From: Eledone cirrhosa
Taxonomy: Eukaryota
Assembly: GCA_964016885.1 (NCBI GenBank)
Contig: OZ024741.1
Span: 97,526,001 to 97,590,000 of the forward strand
Direction of reading: 5' to 3'
Length of the DNA: 64,000 bases
In this document: in pieces, positions 1 to 14,991 of the stretch
How positions within the stretch are numbered: the first letter of the stretch is position 1
How the letters are laid out: each line of letters starts with the position of its first letter
Program-made: the position numbers and the translations under genes
Notes under the pieces: generated by a model
What the model was told of the DNA's origin: nothing
The model's database searches: none
The model's input: only the letters and a program-made list of their open reading frames with translations

Positions 1-2032
1 CTGTAATAATAATAATAAAAATCTATCGATTGCTTGGATAGATTATAAAAAAGCATTTGATAGTTTGCCACACAGTTGGATTGAAAAATGTTTAGAGATT
101 TTCAAAATATCCCCCGTTATCAGGAGGTTTTTGTCATTCAGTATGAGGACATGGAGAACGACACTCCTTTTGAATAGTGAAACAAAATCACTGGAAGCTG
201 GAGAAGTTAACATTAATTGTGGAATTTTTCAGGGTGACTCTTTATCACCGCTTTTATTCTGCATCGCACTTATACCATTAAGTAAAATGCTCAATGAAAC
301 AAAACATGGATATAGAGTCTATGACAAAACCATTAATCACCTGTTCTACATGGATGACCTGAAACTATTTGCAAAAAATGATGAACAATTGCAAGGGCTA
401 TTATCCACTGTGAAGCAGTTCAGTGATGACATTAAAATGGAGTTTGGACTGGATAAATGCGCCAAAGCAACGTTCACCAGAGGAAAGCTGCTGAAGAGTT
501 CAGACATTAATCTTGATCGGGGGAACGTGATAAGAGAGCTTGATCAAGAACAAACTTACAAATATCTAGGTGTTTGTGAAGGAGACGGAATCAAGCGACA
601 ATGAGAGAAAGGATAAGGAAGGAATGTTACCGCAGAGTCAGAGCAATCTTAAGAACGGAATTGAATGCAAGGAATAGGATCGATGCCATAAACACGCTTG
701 CCATACCAGTAGTAACCTACAGTTACAATGTCATCAACTGGTCAAGCACAGAGATCCGTAGGCTCGATACAAAAATCCGAAAATTCTTAACCATGCACAG
801 AATGCATCACCCTAAGGCAGACATAGATAGAATATATCTCCCTAGGAAAGAAGGAGGACGTGGGTTAATCCAGTGAGACATTGCGTTGAAAACTGCAACA
901 ATTGGATTATCCACATATCTAAGGGAATCACATGATTGGATGATCAAACTCGTTTTGAAACACGAAAGCACCAAAAGATCATATTCCATTACAAAAGATG
1001 CACAAAGATACAGTAATGGACTACAAATTTCCGACTTCCATTTACTGCTGAAATGGAAAACACAGAAAAAGCAAAGCAGGTAAAAGTAACTGCAAAGAAA
1101 GAACTGCTACAGAAACTGGCTAAGAAATGGCAAGAAAAGCCTCTGTATGGAAAATACCCAGAGCAAGCTAACAATCCTGATGTTGACAAAACTTTAACCC
1201 ATCAGTGGTTGGCATCCTTTGGACTGAAATCGGAGACTGAAGGACTGATTATATCCGCACAAGATCAGTGTCTGCCAACAAAAAATTACCAAGCCAACAT
1301 AATAAAAATTGGGTGCAGCCCATTATGCCGTGTATGCAAAAAACAACCAGAGACCATTGACCATATAATTTCAATGTGCAGTCCTATAGCTCCAACCGAA
1401 TACCTAAACAGGCATGACAGAGCTGCACAATACATACATTGGATAATGTGTTAGCATTTTGACCTGCCCCATCAAAAGAATTGGTGGGAGCATCAACCAC
1501 CTCCCATACTTGAAAAAGATCACATCTCAATCTTGTGGAACTTTAGCATCCAAACAGACCGAAAAATAGATGCAAATAGACCTGATATAATATTGAAGGA
1601 CTTTCAAAAGAGGGTATGCCTGCTAATTGATATGTCTGTTCCAATAGACAAGAATGTATCTATAAAAACATTTGAAAAATTGAGCAAGTATAAGGACCTG
1701 GAGATAGAAATTGGAAAAATGTGGAAATTGAGAACTAAAACAATACCAGTGGCTGTAGGCGCTCTGGGAATGATACCTAAGGGGTCTAACGACTACTTAT
1801 CGCAAATCCCAGGAAACCCGCGTATAGGAGAAATACCAAAGATAGTACTAATGGGAACTGCCCATATACTAAGGAAGATCCTGTCAATATAAGTACATCA
1901 CAAGTCTAAACACTAAGGATGCATGTGTGAATATGTGTGTTCTTTCTTGAACATGGCGGACCTTGTTGTCTCTTGAGGTCACTGGTTGTGACTTGGTGAT
2001 AACTCTTATAAACATAAAGCAAGATAAATGCA
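1..2032 (+). mobile_element. R4/Dong-clade non-LTR retrotransposon (RT + restriction-like endonuclease), 3' part, degenerate; continues off the window start
   Basis: RT motifs WLDYKKAFDS, GIFQGDSLSPLLF, HLFYMDDLKL, YKYLG; CCHC finger (CRVC..ETIDHIISMC) and RHD; RLE motifs NRPDII, LIDMSVP, KLSKYKDL; ends in (TAA)n at about 2033-2071. Frameshifts and stops split the ORF (65-604, 601-876, 1053-1454, 1533-1892). Confidence 0.92.
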
Positions 2033-2070
2033 AATAATAATAATATTAATAATAATAATAATAATAATAA

Positions 2071-5000
2071 TTACTTTATTGGCCACAAGGGCTGACATCA
2101 AGAAAACATTACAGACGGCACAGGACGGTACAGGACGGTACAATGTGGGTTTTGTGCATGTAAATATTTTTATTAGTTATATAAGAAACGAAAGAAAAGG
2201 ACAGAGAAACATATATATATATATAAACAATAAAAATGATAATTGAAACAATAAAAAATTCCCCGATAGGGGGGAAACCTCCGAGGGTTACTCGTGGCGA
2301 AAACCACACAAAACACCACGGCCACCCCGACCACCAGGGCAAGCGCTCTCTCTCAATTTATTCCCAATCCTCAAACTACAAGCGTATATTCAGAGCGGTC
2401 CCGTTCATTCTCACTACAATCACTCACCTTTCAACAAACTTGCTAGAAGAGAGCACTTGCCTCTCGACCCTGATTTTACTCTTCAAGTGAAATTTGAAAA
2501 AGTAAATCAGGGATTCGCCGAAGAGGAAATTGTCTGTCTTCAACCCTTTCAACCTTGTCCACCACACAATCTCTTTCGCCATGGCCACCAAGCAGAAGAA
2601 AACCGCTTGCCCTTCCACCACTTTAAAGGAGGATGGCGGGGCTATTTGAACAATGGTCTCAGTCGATAACCGGATCCGTCCAATACGCTACTGCAGCTGT
2701 TCGACATAGCTCCACAAGTCAGCAATGCTCGGGTACTGAACGAGTGCGTGCAGCGCGGTTTCGTCGCCCTGCGCGTATCTCGGACAGGCTCGGCTGACAG
2801 CACCTCCGTCCCTGGAGAGCTTATCCCGAACCAACAATGCTACCCGGTAGCACTGCGAGACAAGGGATTCCTGGAAGTTGTCTATAGGCCCCGGTCTGAA
2901 AGTTCTCTTGAAGAGATCGAACAGCTAATCGTCTTCGATGCCCAGGGTCTCCCCGAGAACATCGTTACTCTTTTCCTCCACTAGCCCTCTATAGAACGCC
3001 GAGGTGGATTTTTCACTGATACTAGTGCCCAGCTGGTAGAGGGCGGTGTGCGCTTGGAGAAATTCCAGCTTCCAAGCGCTATGCCTCGGTCTTTTCCTGA
3101 TCCACGACTGCAGCTCTGTCAAGGATACGAGCTGGGAAAAGCACGTCTGGCAAACGGCGAACACACATGTTCACCGTAAAGGAAGCACCAGAAATGTCGC
3201 AGCCTCAGCGCATGTTTGCGCATCATCAGCCACAGCACCCTAGTCCTCTACGCAACGGGTGTTGAGAGGAAATGGATCGTCTGACCATAGCAGCTCGTCC
3301 CTTTCACAAAAAGCGGAAGAGAAGGTGCTCCATTTTGGTGAGAGTTGGGCGGGGGCAAGATACGAAGGTCAGGCGGTAGCAAATGACGGACGCTATGTAC
3401 GAATTCGCCACCTCCACCCGACCTTTCAGAGACAGCCTCCTCTCGGCCCATTTCTGGGTGAGAGAGGCCACCCTGCTCGTCACCTTGCTCCAGTTGTTGT
3501 CCACCTGGAGGTCCGGACCGAACCAGACCCCGAGCAATTTAACCGCTCCTTCCATCCAGCGCCCCACGATGCTGTCGAACGGCGTGGACTTGCCTCTCCA
3601 GGTGCCGATTTGCAAGCCCACCAACTTTTTCTGGTTAATCTTTGCTCCTGTCACCGCTTCGTGTTCCTTGAGAGCGGTGCCGAGCATCTGGACGTATTTG
3701 ACGTCGTCGGCGTAAGCTGACACGGATCTCCCGCAACCCAGTTCGTGTGGGATCCCCCTCATCGTCTCCAATTTGTGAAGTAACAGCTCGAGGGCCTGTA
3801 CATACAGTGGTGGACCTAGCGCATGATCCTGAAAGGCTGCGACAGGTGACCACTCACCCTCACAATCGAGAAGATGTCGTGTGCATCGCAGCGATCGAGC
3901 CCCTAAAAACGGGCCCGCAGCCGGCTGCCTCGAGGACTGCTGCCAGGTACCGATTGGTCGACCCTATCAAATGCTTTAGATTGATCCAAGATGATCAGAG
4001 CCTCTACCGTGCCAGGTTCCTTATAACGCTCTCCTATGATGTATCGCATGAGATCGAGGTTGTCGATGATTGATCTGTCCGGAATGGCGCATGTCTGCGC
4101 CTCTCCCACCAGATCACCGACGAAAAGCACCAAACTCTTTGCTGACACCTTGGCCAAAATCTTAAACTCTGCATTTAGCAGAGTTACGGGCCTGAAGTTT
4201 TCTATAACGACCCCTTTGTTCGGCTCTTTTCTCAGCAGCGCCACCGCTCCCCGGTCACAGAACTGGGAATGCTCCTGTTTTGCTGCCAGTTGCAGTATAG
4301 ATCTGCCAAGTGGTCTCCGAACAAGTCTGGCATATACGCATAAAGCTCGTAGGGTAGACCATCCAAACCTGGCGATTTACACCTCATGCAGGCAGACATC
4401 GCTTCCCGTATTTCATTGGCTTTTATCGGCTTTTCGCAGCACTGCGCTGCGGCCGTCTAGAGCCGCGGCAGTCCGTCGAGGTATGCACCAAAGTCCATAC
4501 TCCGATCCGGCCCGCCACTCCTGAACAATCGAGCAAACTGCTGTTGAAAACCGCCCACATCTGCTCGGGTCTAGCAACATGCGCTCGATTTGCTCAAGCA
4601 AAGACCGAATTGTGGACATGTTGCCACGTCACGCCTCCACCACCCGAGCCCATTTAACGGCTTTCGTCCCCTCGTGTCTTAGAGCACGCGCTCTAGCTCT
4701 GACAACGCATCCTTCATGCATTACGTTGATGAATTGGTCGAGTGCCAATCTCGCCGCAAGCACGTCGGTTGCGATGCCTATCCTAAACGCCTCTTCTAGC
4801 TTTCCAACTAAGTCTCCCTCTAATCTATTTTCCTATATAACTACTCCTTTGCTAAACCTTATCGATTCTACTCTAATAGTCCTTTTCAGGGTAAAGCACC
4901 ACCTGTTGTTGACAATCGCGACTGTCAACGCACGCTTAACTAATTCGCTAATCCGGTCTCTGTAAGCTTTGCGCGCCGGGAACGACGCGTTCAGCTTCCA

Positions 5001-6641
5001 GTAGCCGGGCCCTTGCCTATGGAGTCTATCTAAGTCATCTTCACAGATCACAAATTTGTGGTCCGTGTAGTCGACTACTTTAGATTGTGGACAACCTACA
5101 CTAACCTTATCTGTTTCCCTACAGAATACCCTATCTGAATACGATCTGGATGACACTATGCGGTTTGCCCATGTCCACATTGGCACATTCGGATAATCCA
5201 GTCTATACCTGACAGACGAGTTCAAAATGTCTGAGCAGGTTGTTGAGGTTTTTACACCCTCCTGTCCTGTCTACTAACCCCACCCAATCCCAGCGTGCAT
5301 CTAAGATACCGTTCCAGTCAACCACTAACACTAAAGAGCGGGACGTTCCAAGAAAGGTCTCTAGACGTCTGAAGAAACCTGCCCGCCCTACCCCAGTTGG
5401 GGCGTAGAAGGCTACTAGCCTGAAAGCAATGCCTTCGCTGCCGGTCACGTCAACCAGGTGACCCTGCTTCCAAGATGACCCCAGGCCACGTGCATTTATA
5501 CTGCCTATTCTGAGTACGGCCATGTTGGATGAGAAACGGGCAAGTGAGAAAGGGTCACTTACCTGGATCGTGTGGTGAAGGGACAGTAGAACCGTCCCTA
5601 TGGCTGATCATGGGTATTTCCAAGTGGACGTCAGTGAATATCCTCTTCGTAACCGACCCTCTGAAGTCTCCAACTGCGTTGGGGAATTTTTGTTTTGAAA
5701 GTTTGTACTGTTCTATTTTGATTTCAATGATACTTATGTTTGTCGGGAGAGTGCTTGGTGTTGGTGGGGTGTAGTAATTTCTTTCTGTGATGTCTGTGTG
5801 CTGCTTTATATGTTGTATGACTTCTTTGTTTGCCATGTACTTTTGGGGGGGGGGAGGGGCGATTTTGTTCCTGTTTTCTTGTTGTTGCTGTTGGGTGTGT
5901 GTGTTTTGTTGTGTTTGCGATGTTGGTGTTTTTGTTGATGCTGGTGGTTGCGTGGTTGTTGTTGGTGGTAATGCTTGTGGTGGTGATGGTGATGGTGGTT
6001 GTGTTGCTGCAAGTTTGCTTACAGCCTTTACCCCTCTTTGACTGCCTTCACTTTTGGAGGGTGAAGTTAAGGGGTTTTTCCTCTTTTGTTTTTTGTGGCA
6101 GATCGTTTGCCACTTCCCACCCGCCTCATACTCCATGTCATATTCCGTGACGCCTGGGAGGGTTATGAGCTCCACTGCTGTTGGTGGTGGTAGTGGAGTC
6201 CGTTCCGGCGATTTTGCCGCCGGTGTGGTTACTGCGGCTGTTGGTTTTGCCGCCACTGCCGCCGCTGCTTTAGTTGAAAGTGGCCATGGTATGGGTGCCA
6301 CGAACGTTTCCCTCCTACTCACCATGGAAGGGTCTTCTGCTTCTGTTGCCTGCCCTGCTCTTGGTAGTAGCGGATCAGGCGTCGGAAGAAGGGGGCCCCT
6401 TCTTGGCTGTGTTCTGCGGGCAGAAGGCCCTGAGGTGACCCTTCTTCCCCCAGAGATAGCACTTTAGGCGCCTTCCTGCCATGCTTATAGGGAGTTGGCG
6501 CCGTTCTTAGAGGTCTATGATGTCTGGGATAGACTCGATGCACACCTGGTCAGTCTGTATTAGCATTTGCATGCCTATTCCTGACCAGTTCTCTCTTCCA
6601 ATTCTCTGTATTTGCAGTATGGTGGTCTTGCCCTCGATTCC
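2071..6641 (-). mobile_element. Tx1/L1-clade non-LTR retrotransposon, family B copy 1, 5'-truncated and degenerate
   Basis: ORF2 fragments: MAVLRIGSINARGL (APE), PGYWKLN, ENFRPVTLLN, DQSKAFDRVD, SAYADD. ORF1 C-terminal half at 5555-6325. 3' end gcccttgtggccAATAAA followed by an ATT tract. Several internal deletions relative to the copy at 29859-35819. Confidence 0.93.
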
Positions 6642-6768
6642 AAAGTATATATCTTAATTGTTTCTACTTTTGGCACAAGGCCAGCAATTAACCAGTGTAT
6701 TACTGGTACTTTATTTGGGTAATTGCTGGCCTTGTGTCAAATGTAGAAACAATTAAGATATATACTTT
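6642..6768. repeat. Inverted repeat built from two SINE 3' ends (arms about 50 bp)
   Basis: aaagtatatatcttaattgtttctacttttggcacaaggccagcaatta ... taattgctggccttgtgtcaaatgtagaaacaattaagatatatacttt; the arms match the SINE tail at 60929-61011. Confidence 0.8.
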
Positions 6769-6949
6769 ATATCATCTCATTTATTTCATTATATATATTT
6801 CGCAGATGCAAATTTTACGTATAACTTAAAGCAAAACATGTTCTCCTCAGACAAAATATATAGAACATGTATAATTTTTTCCTGATATGATGGTAGACAA
6901 ACGAACTGGAAAGATCGGTGGCCACCGGGCATATCTATAGCTATCTCTC

Positions 6950-6994
<45 letters not shown>

Positions 6995-7024
6995 ATATAT
7001 ATATATATATATAGGGAATTATTT

Positions 7025-7988
<964 letters not shown>

Positions 7989-9376
7989 TCAGTATCTTAG
8001 AAAAGGATGTGAGAAACATTTACTCTCGCTTATAATGCAAACATTCCTGAGTGTTCTTTCTGAAACGTGATGGTCTTTACCAGTGATCAGCTTTTTCCAT
8101 TCAACATGTGTCATCTGCCCATTATAATGTATTGATTGACATTGATTAAATGGACACTATTTTTACGGGACAGAAACAGAGGTGTTGTTTTTAGCCAGGG
8201 AAGATATTTTAATTCATATGGGTATTATGTTTCTGAGCTTTGCTTATTACAATGTTACCAGGATGAAAATATTGTTTGTCGGAGGATTTATCAGAATAAT
8301 ATTGCGAACGTACTTTTACAGAAATATTTACACAATAATGTATCTGGGCTCTCAGGAACAATAAGGGAAATGTAATTTAGCAATATAAGACACTACGTCG
8401 TTCGTGTATCTTAGACCAGTAATGTAACAATTTAGAGATGTATTCTATCGGTTCATGGTTATCAAAAGCGCGATGGGGGAAATGTCATACTTGAGTTGTC
8501 AGAATATGAACCACGGAACATTAGGTTTATTTCCAGTACAATATATGCAGTGCTACATAACTTCTGAAGATGTCACAAGTTCTATTGGAAAGTGAAAATT
8601 AGAGAATGAGTAGGTATACTTGAAGTGTAATTCAGAGAACTAAAACTGGAATTCATAATAATTAAAAGCTTACTTGTGGAGATGAGAATTATTCAGATTA
8701 AACGATATAGATAGCTAATGGAATATATCTATTATGGTTCTTAAACAATACTATTAAGCACCAAAAGAATTAAATATGTTTGCCAATCTACTTAATCTGA
8801 GTCCAAACTTTCACACTTAGTCTAATACGTCAAGTGCTTTTATTGAACATTTAAATTGTTATACGCATAGACATTCTCTTCAATTTCCTTCAATTCAAAC
8901 CAATTTAATTATTAGGTCATTGCTAAGTATCAAAATATTATTAGAGCCATAGCCTAGATATTTTCCTGCGTATAGTTAGTTCCTTCAATGGTCTAATTTA
9001 AAACGAAACTACAGAATCTGGTCACATCGATAATCTAATGCTTGGACATCACATCATGATTATTTATCGAGAAAATATAGTATTTAAATTCTCACTCAAT
9101 CAAACCTACTAACCTTAAAATAAAACAGATTCCAAAATTATGTTCTTGAAATATTTACTCACCGATTACACTGAAATAGTCAAGGCAAAAATGCTCATGC
9201 CACGGGCTCTTTGTTCAGTACTCTCTGATGTTAAACAGTATAGATACTAACAATAATCACGCACACAGTAGACAATTAATGAAGGGGTTGTCCCCCGTTT
9301 GTGCTTTCCTTTTACTTTTAAATACACTTCATCAAGTAATCACACATCTCCGTGATTCATCTTCTTATATATATAT

Positions 9377-9649
9377 ACCCTAAGTATTGAGAACTTTGGT
9401 GTGTTATGGTCCACCTGGTTCCTTACCACATTTCCTTCGTTATATATATATATATAAATAGAAGTAAGTAAGACCCCGACGGCTGAGCTCAAGCCGTTTC
9501 GACGGCTAATTCTGTACTGAATTAGCCGTCGAAACGGCTTGAGCTCAGCCGCCGGGGTCTTACTTACTCCTATTACCCACTCTACTACCCTAAGTATTGA
9601 GTAATTTGGTGCGTTATGGTCCACCTGGTTCCTTACCACTTTTCCTTCG

Positions 9650-9650
<1 letters not shown>
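9377..9650 (-). mobile_element. Two copies of a short (TA)n-anchored dispersed repeat ('AACGAAGGAAATGTGG' family), one with a fold-back end
   Basis: Reverse complement of aacgaaggaaatgtggtaaggaaccaggtggaccataac..actcaatacttaggg at 9377-9441 and about 9585-9650; inverted repeat at about 9464-9567. Strand given relative to the AACGAAGG orientation. Confidence 0.85.
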
Positions 9651-9715
<65 letters not shown>

Positions 9716-9840
9716 ATATATAAAACATGAGAAGAAAGAATACTGCGTGGTTGCACATGGGTTACATATGATAAAAATAGTCCCCTGATAAAAACTCGGC
9801 CATTTCGGACCATACCAAAATCAAGATACTGATTGCGGAT

Positions 9841-10656
9841 TTGGTACGGGTGATGAGGAACGTGTCCCGCATGTGCAACCCCGAAGAACTAGAGAGACAC
9901 ATACAACACTTCATCCACCGTATGCAGTTCTCTGGCTACAATCAGAGAGATAAAATCAGAGTGTATAGAGGAGCCAGAACCAAATGGGAAAAAATGGTAA
10001 ATAATGACATAAATGGGACCTGCCCCTTGTATAGGAGCACATTTTGGAATAGAATAGAAAGAACTAGGAACAAGACCAATAGAATAAACTCATGGTATGA
10101 TAGCAATAAATACCAGAGTGTAATGTTCATCGATACAACCCCTAGAGGTGAATTAGCTTACAAATTTAGAAGGGCCCTAAATAAACATAAACTCAATATT
10201 AAGATAGTAGAAAGAACAGGTACCTCCGTAAAAACACTTATTAGCAAGACATACCCTTTTCAAAGACCCTCATGTATAGATAAGAAATGTATAACCTGTA
10301 AAATAAGCCCCCATATTAACTGTAAAACTAGAAATGTAGTGTATAGCATAAGATGTACTGAAGGACAATGTAGAGACAAAAATATAGTGTACATAGGTGA
10401 GACAGCTCGTAGTATAGGGGAACGGATAAATGAACACTGGCGAGACCTTCAAGATAATAAAGAATCATCTGTACTCTACCAACATGCTAAGATAGAACAC
10501 AAGGGTAAATTAGAGAACATAGAAATAAAAATAGAATCTACACACAGAAAAGACGCAATGTTTAGACAAATTACAGAGGCAATAAACATAAAAGAATTAC
10601 AACCAAAATTAAATAGAAAATATGAGTGGAACAGCAACATCACAACTTACAATTAA
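9841..10656 (+). CDS. PLE protein fragment: RT C-terminal region, zinc finger and GIY-YIG endonuclease
   Basis: MQFSGY, IKIVERTG, CIDKKCITC..NCKTRNVVYSIRC, YIGETARSIGERINEH, RQITEAINI, LNRKYEW. A Cys linker between RT and endonuclease is typical of Neptune-like PLEs. The 5' end is truncated and the listed start is not a real initiator. Confidence 0.88.
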   Translation: MVRVMRNVSRMCNPEELERHIQHFIHRMQFSGYNQRDKIRVYRGARTKWEKMVNNDINGTCPLYRSTFWNRIERTRNKTNRINSWYDSNKYQSVMFIDTTPRGELAYKFRRALNKHKLNIKIVERTGTSVKTLISKTYPFQRPSCIDKKCITCKISPHINCKTRNVVYSIRCTEGQCRDKNIVYIGETARSIGERINEHWRDLQDNKESSVLYQHAKIEHKGKLENIEIKIESTHRKDAMFRQITEAINIKELQPKLNRKYEWNSNITTYN

Positions 10657-10856
10657 GGACAAAATGAAAACACACACACACATAGAACAAACAACCAACC
10701 AGTAACATGTAAATAAACAAATAAATAAATGAACATAAACACACACATACACCCGGATGTGGCGCATGCGCAGACTGAGCAACCAACACACACAGAGAAA
10801 CAAAATGGCGTAGGACAGAACAAAGGAGAGGCACAGAAACAAAGAAAGGAATCCCC

Positions 10857-10901
10857 AGTCACTGAAGAGGTCACAGAGTGTGTGACGAAAGAACTATGAC
10901 T
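10857..10901 (+). ncRNA. Minimal type I hammerhead ribozyme motif in the PLE pseudo-LTR
   Basis: Stem I AGUCA/UGACU; core CUGAAGA (plus one extra G); stem II GUCACA/UGUGAC; GAAA; 2-bp stem III; cleavage triplet CUA, predicted cut after 10896. Confidence 0.78.
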
Positions 10902-11105
10902 ATATATAAACAACTATCTGGTTGTGGAACCAACCAACCAACCAGAAATTTATAAATTTATAAATTTATAAATATATAATAAATTGAAGTGAAAGCAACT
11001 GGTGCGTGTGTTTCTTATTGGCAACATGACCATCCCAAAGTATAACAATATCGGTTTCAACACACGATTTCAGATAAAGAATCTTGCTAAACAAATTCAG
11101 AAACG

Positions 11106-11149
<44 letters not shown>

Positions 11150-11619
11150 GCTGAAAAATAACAGGTAGATATCATAAAAGGTAATTTATTCCGTGTGTTT
11201 ACGAATGTTTCCACGGTGGTACTACAGCCTAGTTATGCTATGTGCAAATTTATAACTATTTGCAAAACTCAATTATCAAATGCTGTTACCACTGTATCCT
11301 CAGAGTAGAATGGCAAAATGTAAAATACCCTTAAGGGAAGTTATTGGGGAAGATAGAGTAGAAAAGGAATAGAGAAAGAAGGGGAGAGGGATAGAGAGAG
11401 AGAGATATGCAGGGGTTGGAGAAATGGGAGAGAGTGGTTTGTAGAATACAGATATCTTAATCAAAATGTTGTGGTAGTGGTTTTATTATACTGGTTACTC
11501 TCAAAGCGACAACCTTAAGCGATGCGTTGATAGTTAAGGTTGGAGTTATTTATTGTCACAGAGGGCGGGTTCATAGATGTGGAGAGGGAGGGAGGTGGAC
11601 CAATGGCGAGAGATAGAGA

Positions 11620-11669
<50 letters not shown>

Positions 11670-12525
11670 ATTGAGAGAGAGGTAGAGATAGAGAGGGGAC
11701 AGACGAAAGCTATGGGATGGGTGTACATTGAGTTCATAGTTGTAGGTTACAAATTGCACTTAAGTCTTCATTTATAGAGATAAGCAGGGTATTGTCTTTT
11801 AGTGTGGGGGATATAGTTAAGAAGTTGTTATTGAGAGAAAGTAGTTAGCGAGAAAGCAATGTTATAGTTACGAGTTAAGTTATTTTATAGTGAGAGAATT
11901 TAGCCTTCAGTTTGCGGTTGCAGTATAATGATCGTTCGATTCTGTCATTTAGTATTTTAATTTTGGATTTTAACATGTAAAGAGTTCAAGGTTACATAAC
12001 CTGCAGTACTTCAATCCACTCCGATATGCACTAGCGCTGGAAAGTATATCCCATTTCAAGGTGAACTGTAGGTTGCGTTCATGGAGTTGCCAGGTCTTGT
12101 TGGCGAGCGTTGTCACAAAACGGTGATTAGGATGTTTACTTGAGATTCGATGACGATAACACCTAGATTTAAAGGAGGTAGAGAGTAACCAGTATAATAA
12201 AACCCCTACCACAAGATATCTGTATTCTACAAACCACTCTCTCCCATTTCTCCAACCCCTGCATACATTTCTCTCTCTCTCTCCCTCTCCCCTTCATTCT
12301 CTCTTCCTTTTCTACTCTATCTTCCCCCAAAACTTCCCTTAAGGGTATTTTACATTTTAACCATTCTGCTCTGAGGATACAGTGGTAACAGCATTTGATA
12401 ATTGAGTTTTGCAAATAGTTATAGATTTGCACAAAGCATGACTAGGCTGTATAACCACCGTGGACACATTTGTAAGCACACGGAATAAATTACCTTGTAT
12501 GATGTCTACCTGTTATTATTCATTC
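11150..12525 (-). mobile_element. Second PLE family: GIY-YIG C-terminal fragment between inverted pseudo-LTR copies
   Basis: 11970-12190(-) translates FKSRCYRH..TTLANKTWQL..KWDILSSASAY..CRLCNLE, followed by ILNDRIER..C. Arms at about 11150-11502 and 12182-12525 are reverse complements. Confidence 0.75.
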
Positions 12526-12654
12526 TTTATCTACATTCCGGAATACAGAAGGATCAGGAACTGAGTTTCTTCAGCTATTCTCGTAACCCCTCACAGTACT
12601 TCAACTCTATCCAGTGTAGTAATTAACCATTACTGCATCCAGGATATCCTATAC

Positions 12655-13930
<1,276 letters not shown>

Positions 13931-14000
13931 TTGCTTATATTTTGATATATATATTATCCTTATCGATCCCTCTTCACATTTAGTCTTCATTAGTCTTAAC

Positions 14001-14073
14001 TAGAATGTTGTTGTTATTCAATCTGGAGCTTGCATAATTACAAAGCTCCGGATTGAATAACAACGACATTCTA
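14001..14073. repeat. Inverted repeat (arms about 30 bp)
   Basis: tagaatgttgttgttattcaatctggagctt ... aagctccggattgaataacaacgacattcta. Confidence 0.85.
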
Positions 14074-14220
14074 ATGTTTTAATCAACTCGAATATTTTAT
14101 TCCAGACATTCGCAGTTAGGTCCCTTACACCTTTCACTCGTGGTTTTACATCGTTGGGGGAAGTGACCCTTTCTGCGTATGTGCGTTCATACGGTTGTGT
14201 TTCCCGTTCCGTATAACCAT

Positions 14221-14275
14221 TACCAGTCCGAGCTGAAGATCTGCATAAGGTGAAACAATTGTTCTCGGTATGGTG
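14221..14275 (+). ncRNA. Minimal type I hammerhead ribozyme motif (solo PLE pseudo-LTR remnant)
   Basis: Stem I CCGAG/CUCGG, extended by UACCA/UGGUG; CUGAAGA; weak stem II; GAAAC-AAUU-GUU with the palindromic stem III typical of dimeric PLE hammerheads; followed by (TA)n. Confidence 0.68.
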
Positions 14276-14315
14276 AACTAACTATTGTGTTATTACTTAT
14301 ATATATATATATATA

Positions 14316-14991
14316 CTATATGAACACGCCAGACAACAACACGACGGTAACATAAACAACATAGAAATTAAAATAATATGTAAACATAGAAATGACCCAG
14401 CAGATAGGCAAATCGGAGAGGCAAGTGAAATAGAACTTAGAAGGCCAAAGCTAAACAGAAAAAATGAATGGAATAACAACAACACCCAAACAAACAATAC
14501 TGACTTAAGAGAAATATAAATAAATAAATAAATAAATACATATATACAGAAGCACAATAACAATAAACACATATAAGCACACACTAATAAACTAAGATAG
14601 AATACAATAACCAAAACACAGTCACCCAAACGCGAATACACACCAAACACTATACATACACGCAAAAACATGCGCAGAGAAGAAGACAAAAATAAATAAA
14701 TAAACAGATTAAATAAAGATGGCGTAAATATACAATACAACAGGAGGAACATAATGGTACCAGTGATTATGTTGCAGATGTTCAACGAGGGAACATTGTT
14801 AGACTATATATATGTGTTTATATCTATATTATATCTGTATTTTTGACCGTTGGTCAGTCAATGGTAAACATTGAGGACCGAATGAATTAACTGATATAAA
14901 AGATACAGAAGCGAAAACCAACCAAAGAGTGAGTGTGTACTGTTATTAATTCTGGCAATATTATTACAACAATATGACCCTCCCCAAGTAT

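Larger units (their letters stand above)
9725..11107 (+). mobile_element. Penelope-like element (PLE), 5'-truncated, with 3' pseudo-LTR
   Basis: ORF 9841-10656 with RT C-terminus, Cys-rich linker and GIY-YIG domain; hammerhead motif at 10857-10901; bounded by (TA)n on both sides. Confidence 0.88.

Noticed and set aside
9377-9650. CRISPR-like repeat or other prokaryotic system
   Set aside because: Copies are dispersed, not regularly spaced, and there are no cas genes; the context is eukaryotic repeat DNA.
12366-12395. CTGAGGA in the inverted PLE pseudo-LTR
   Set aside because: The GAAA half of the core is missing in both arms.
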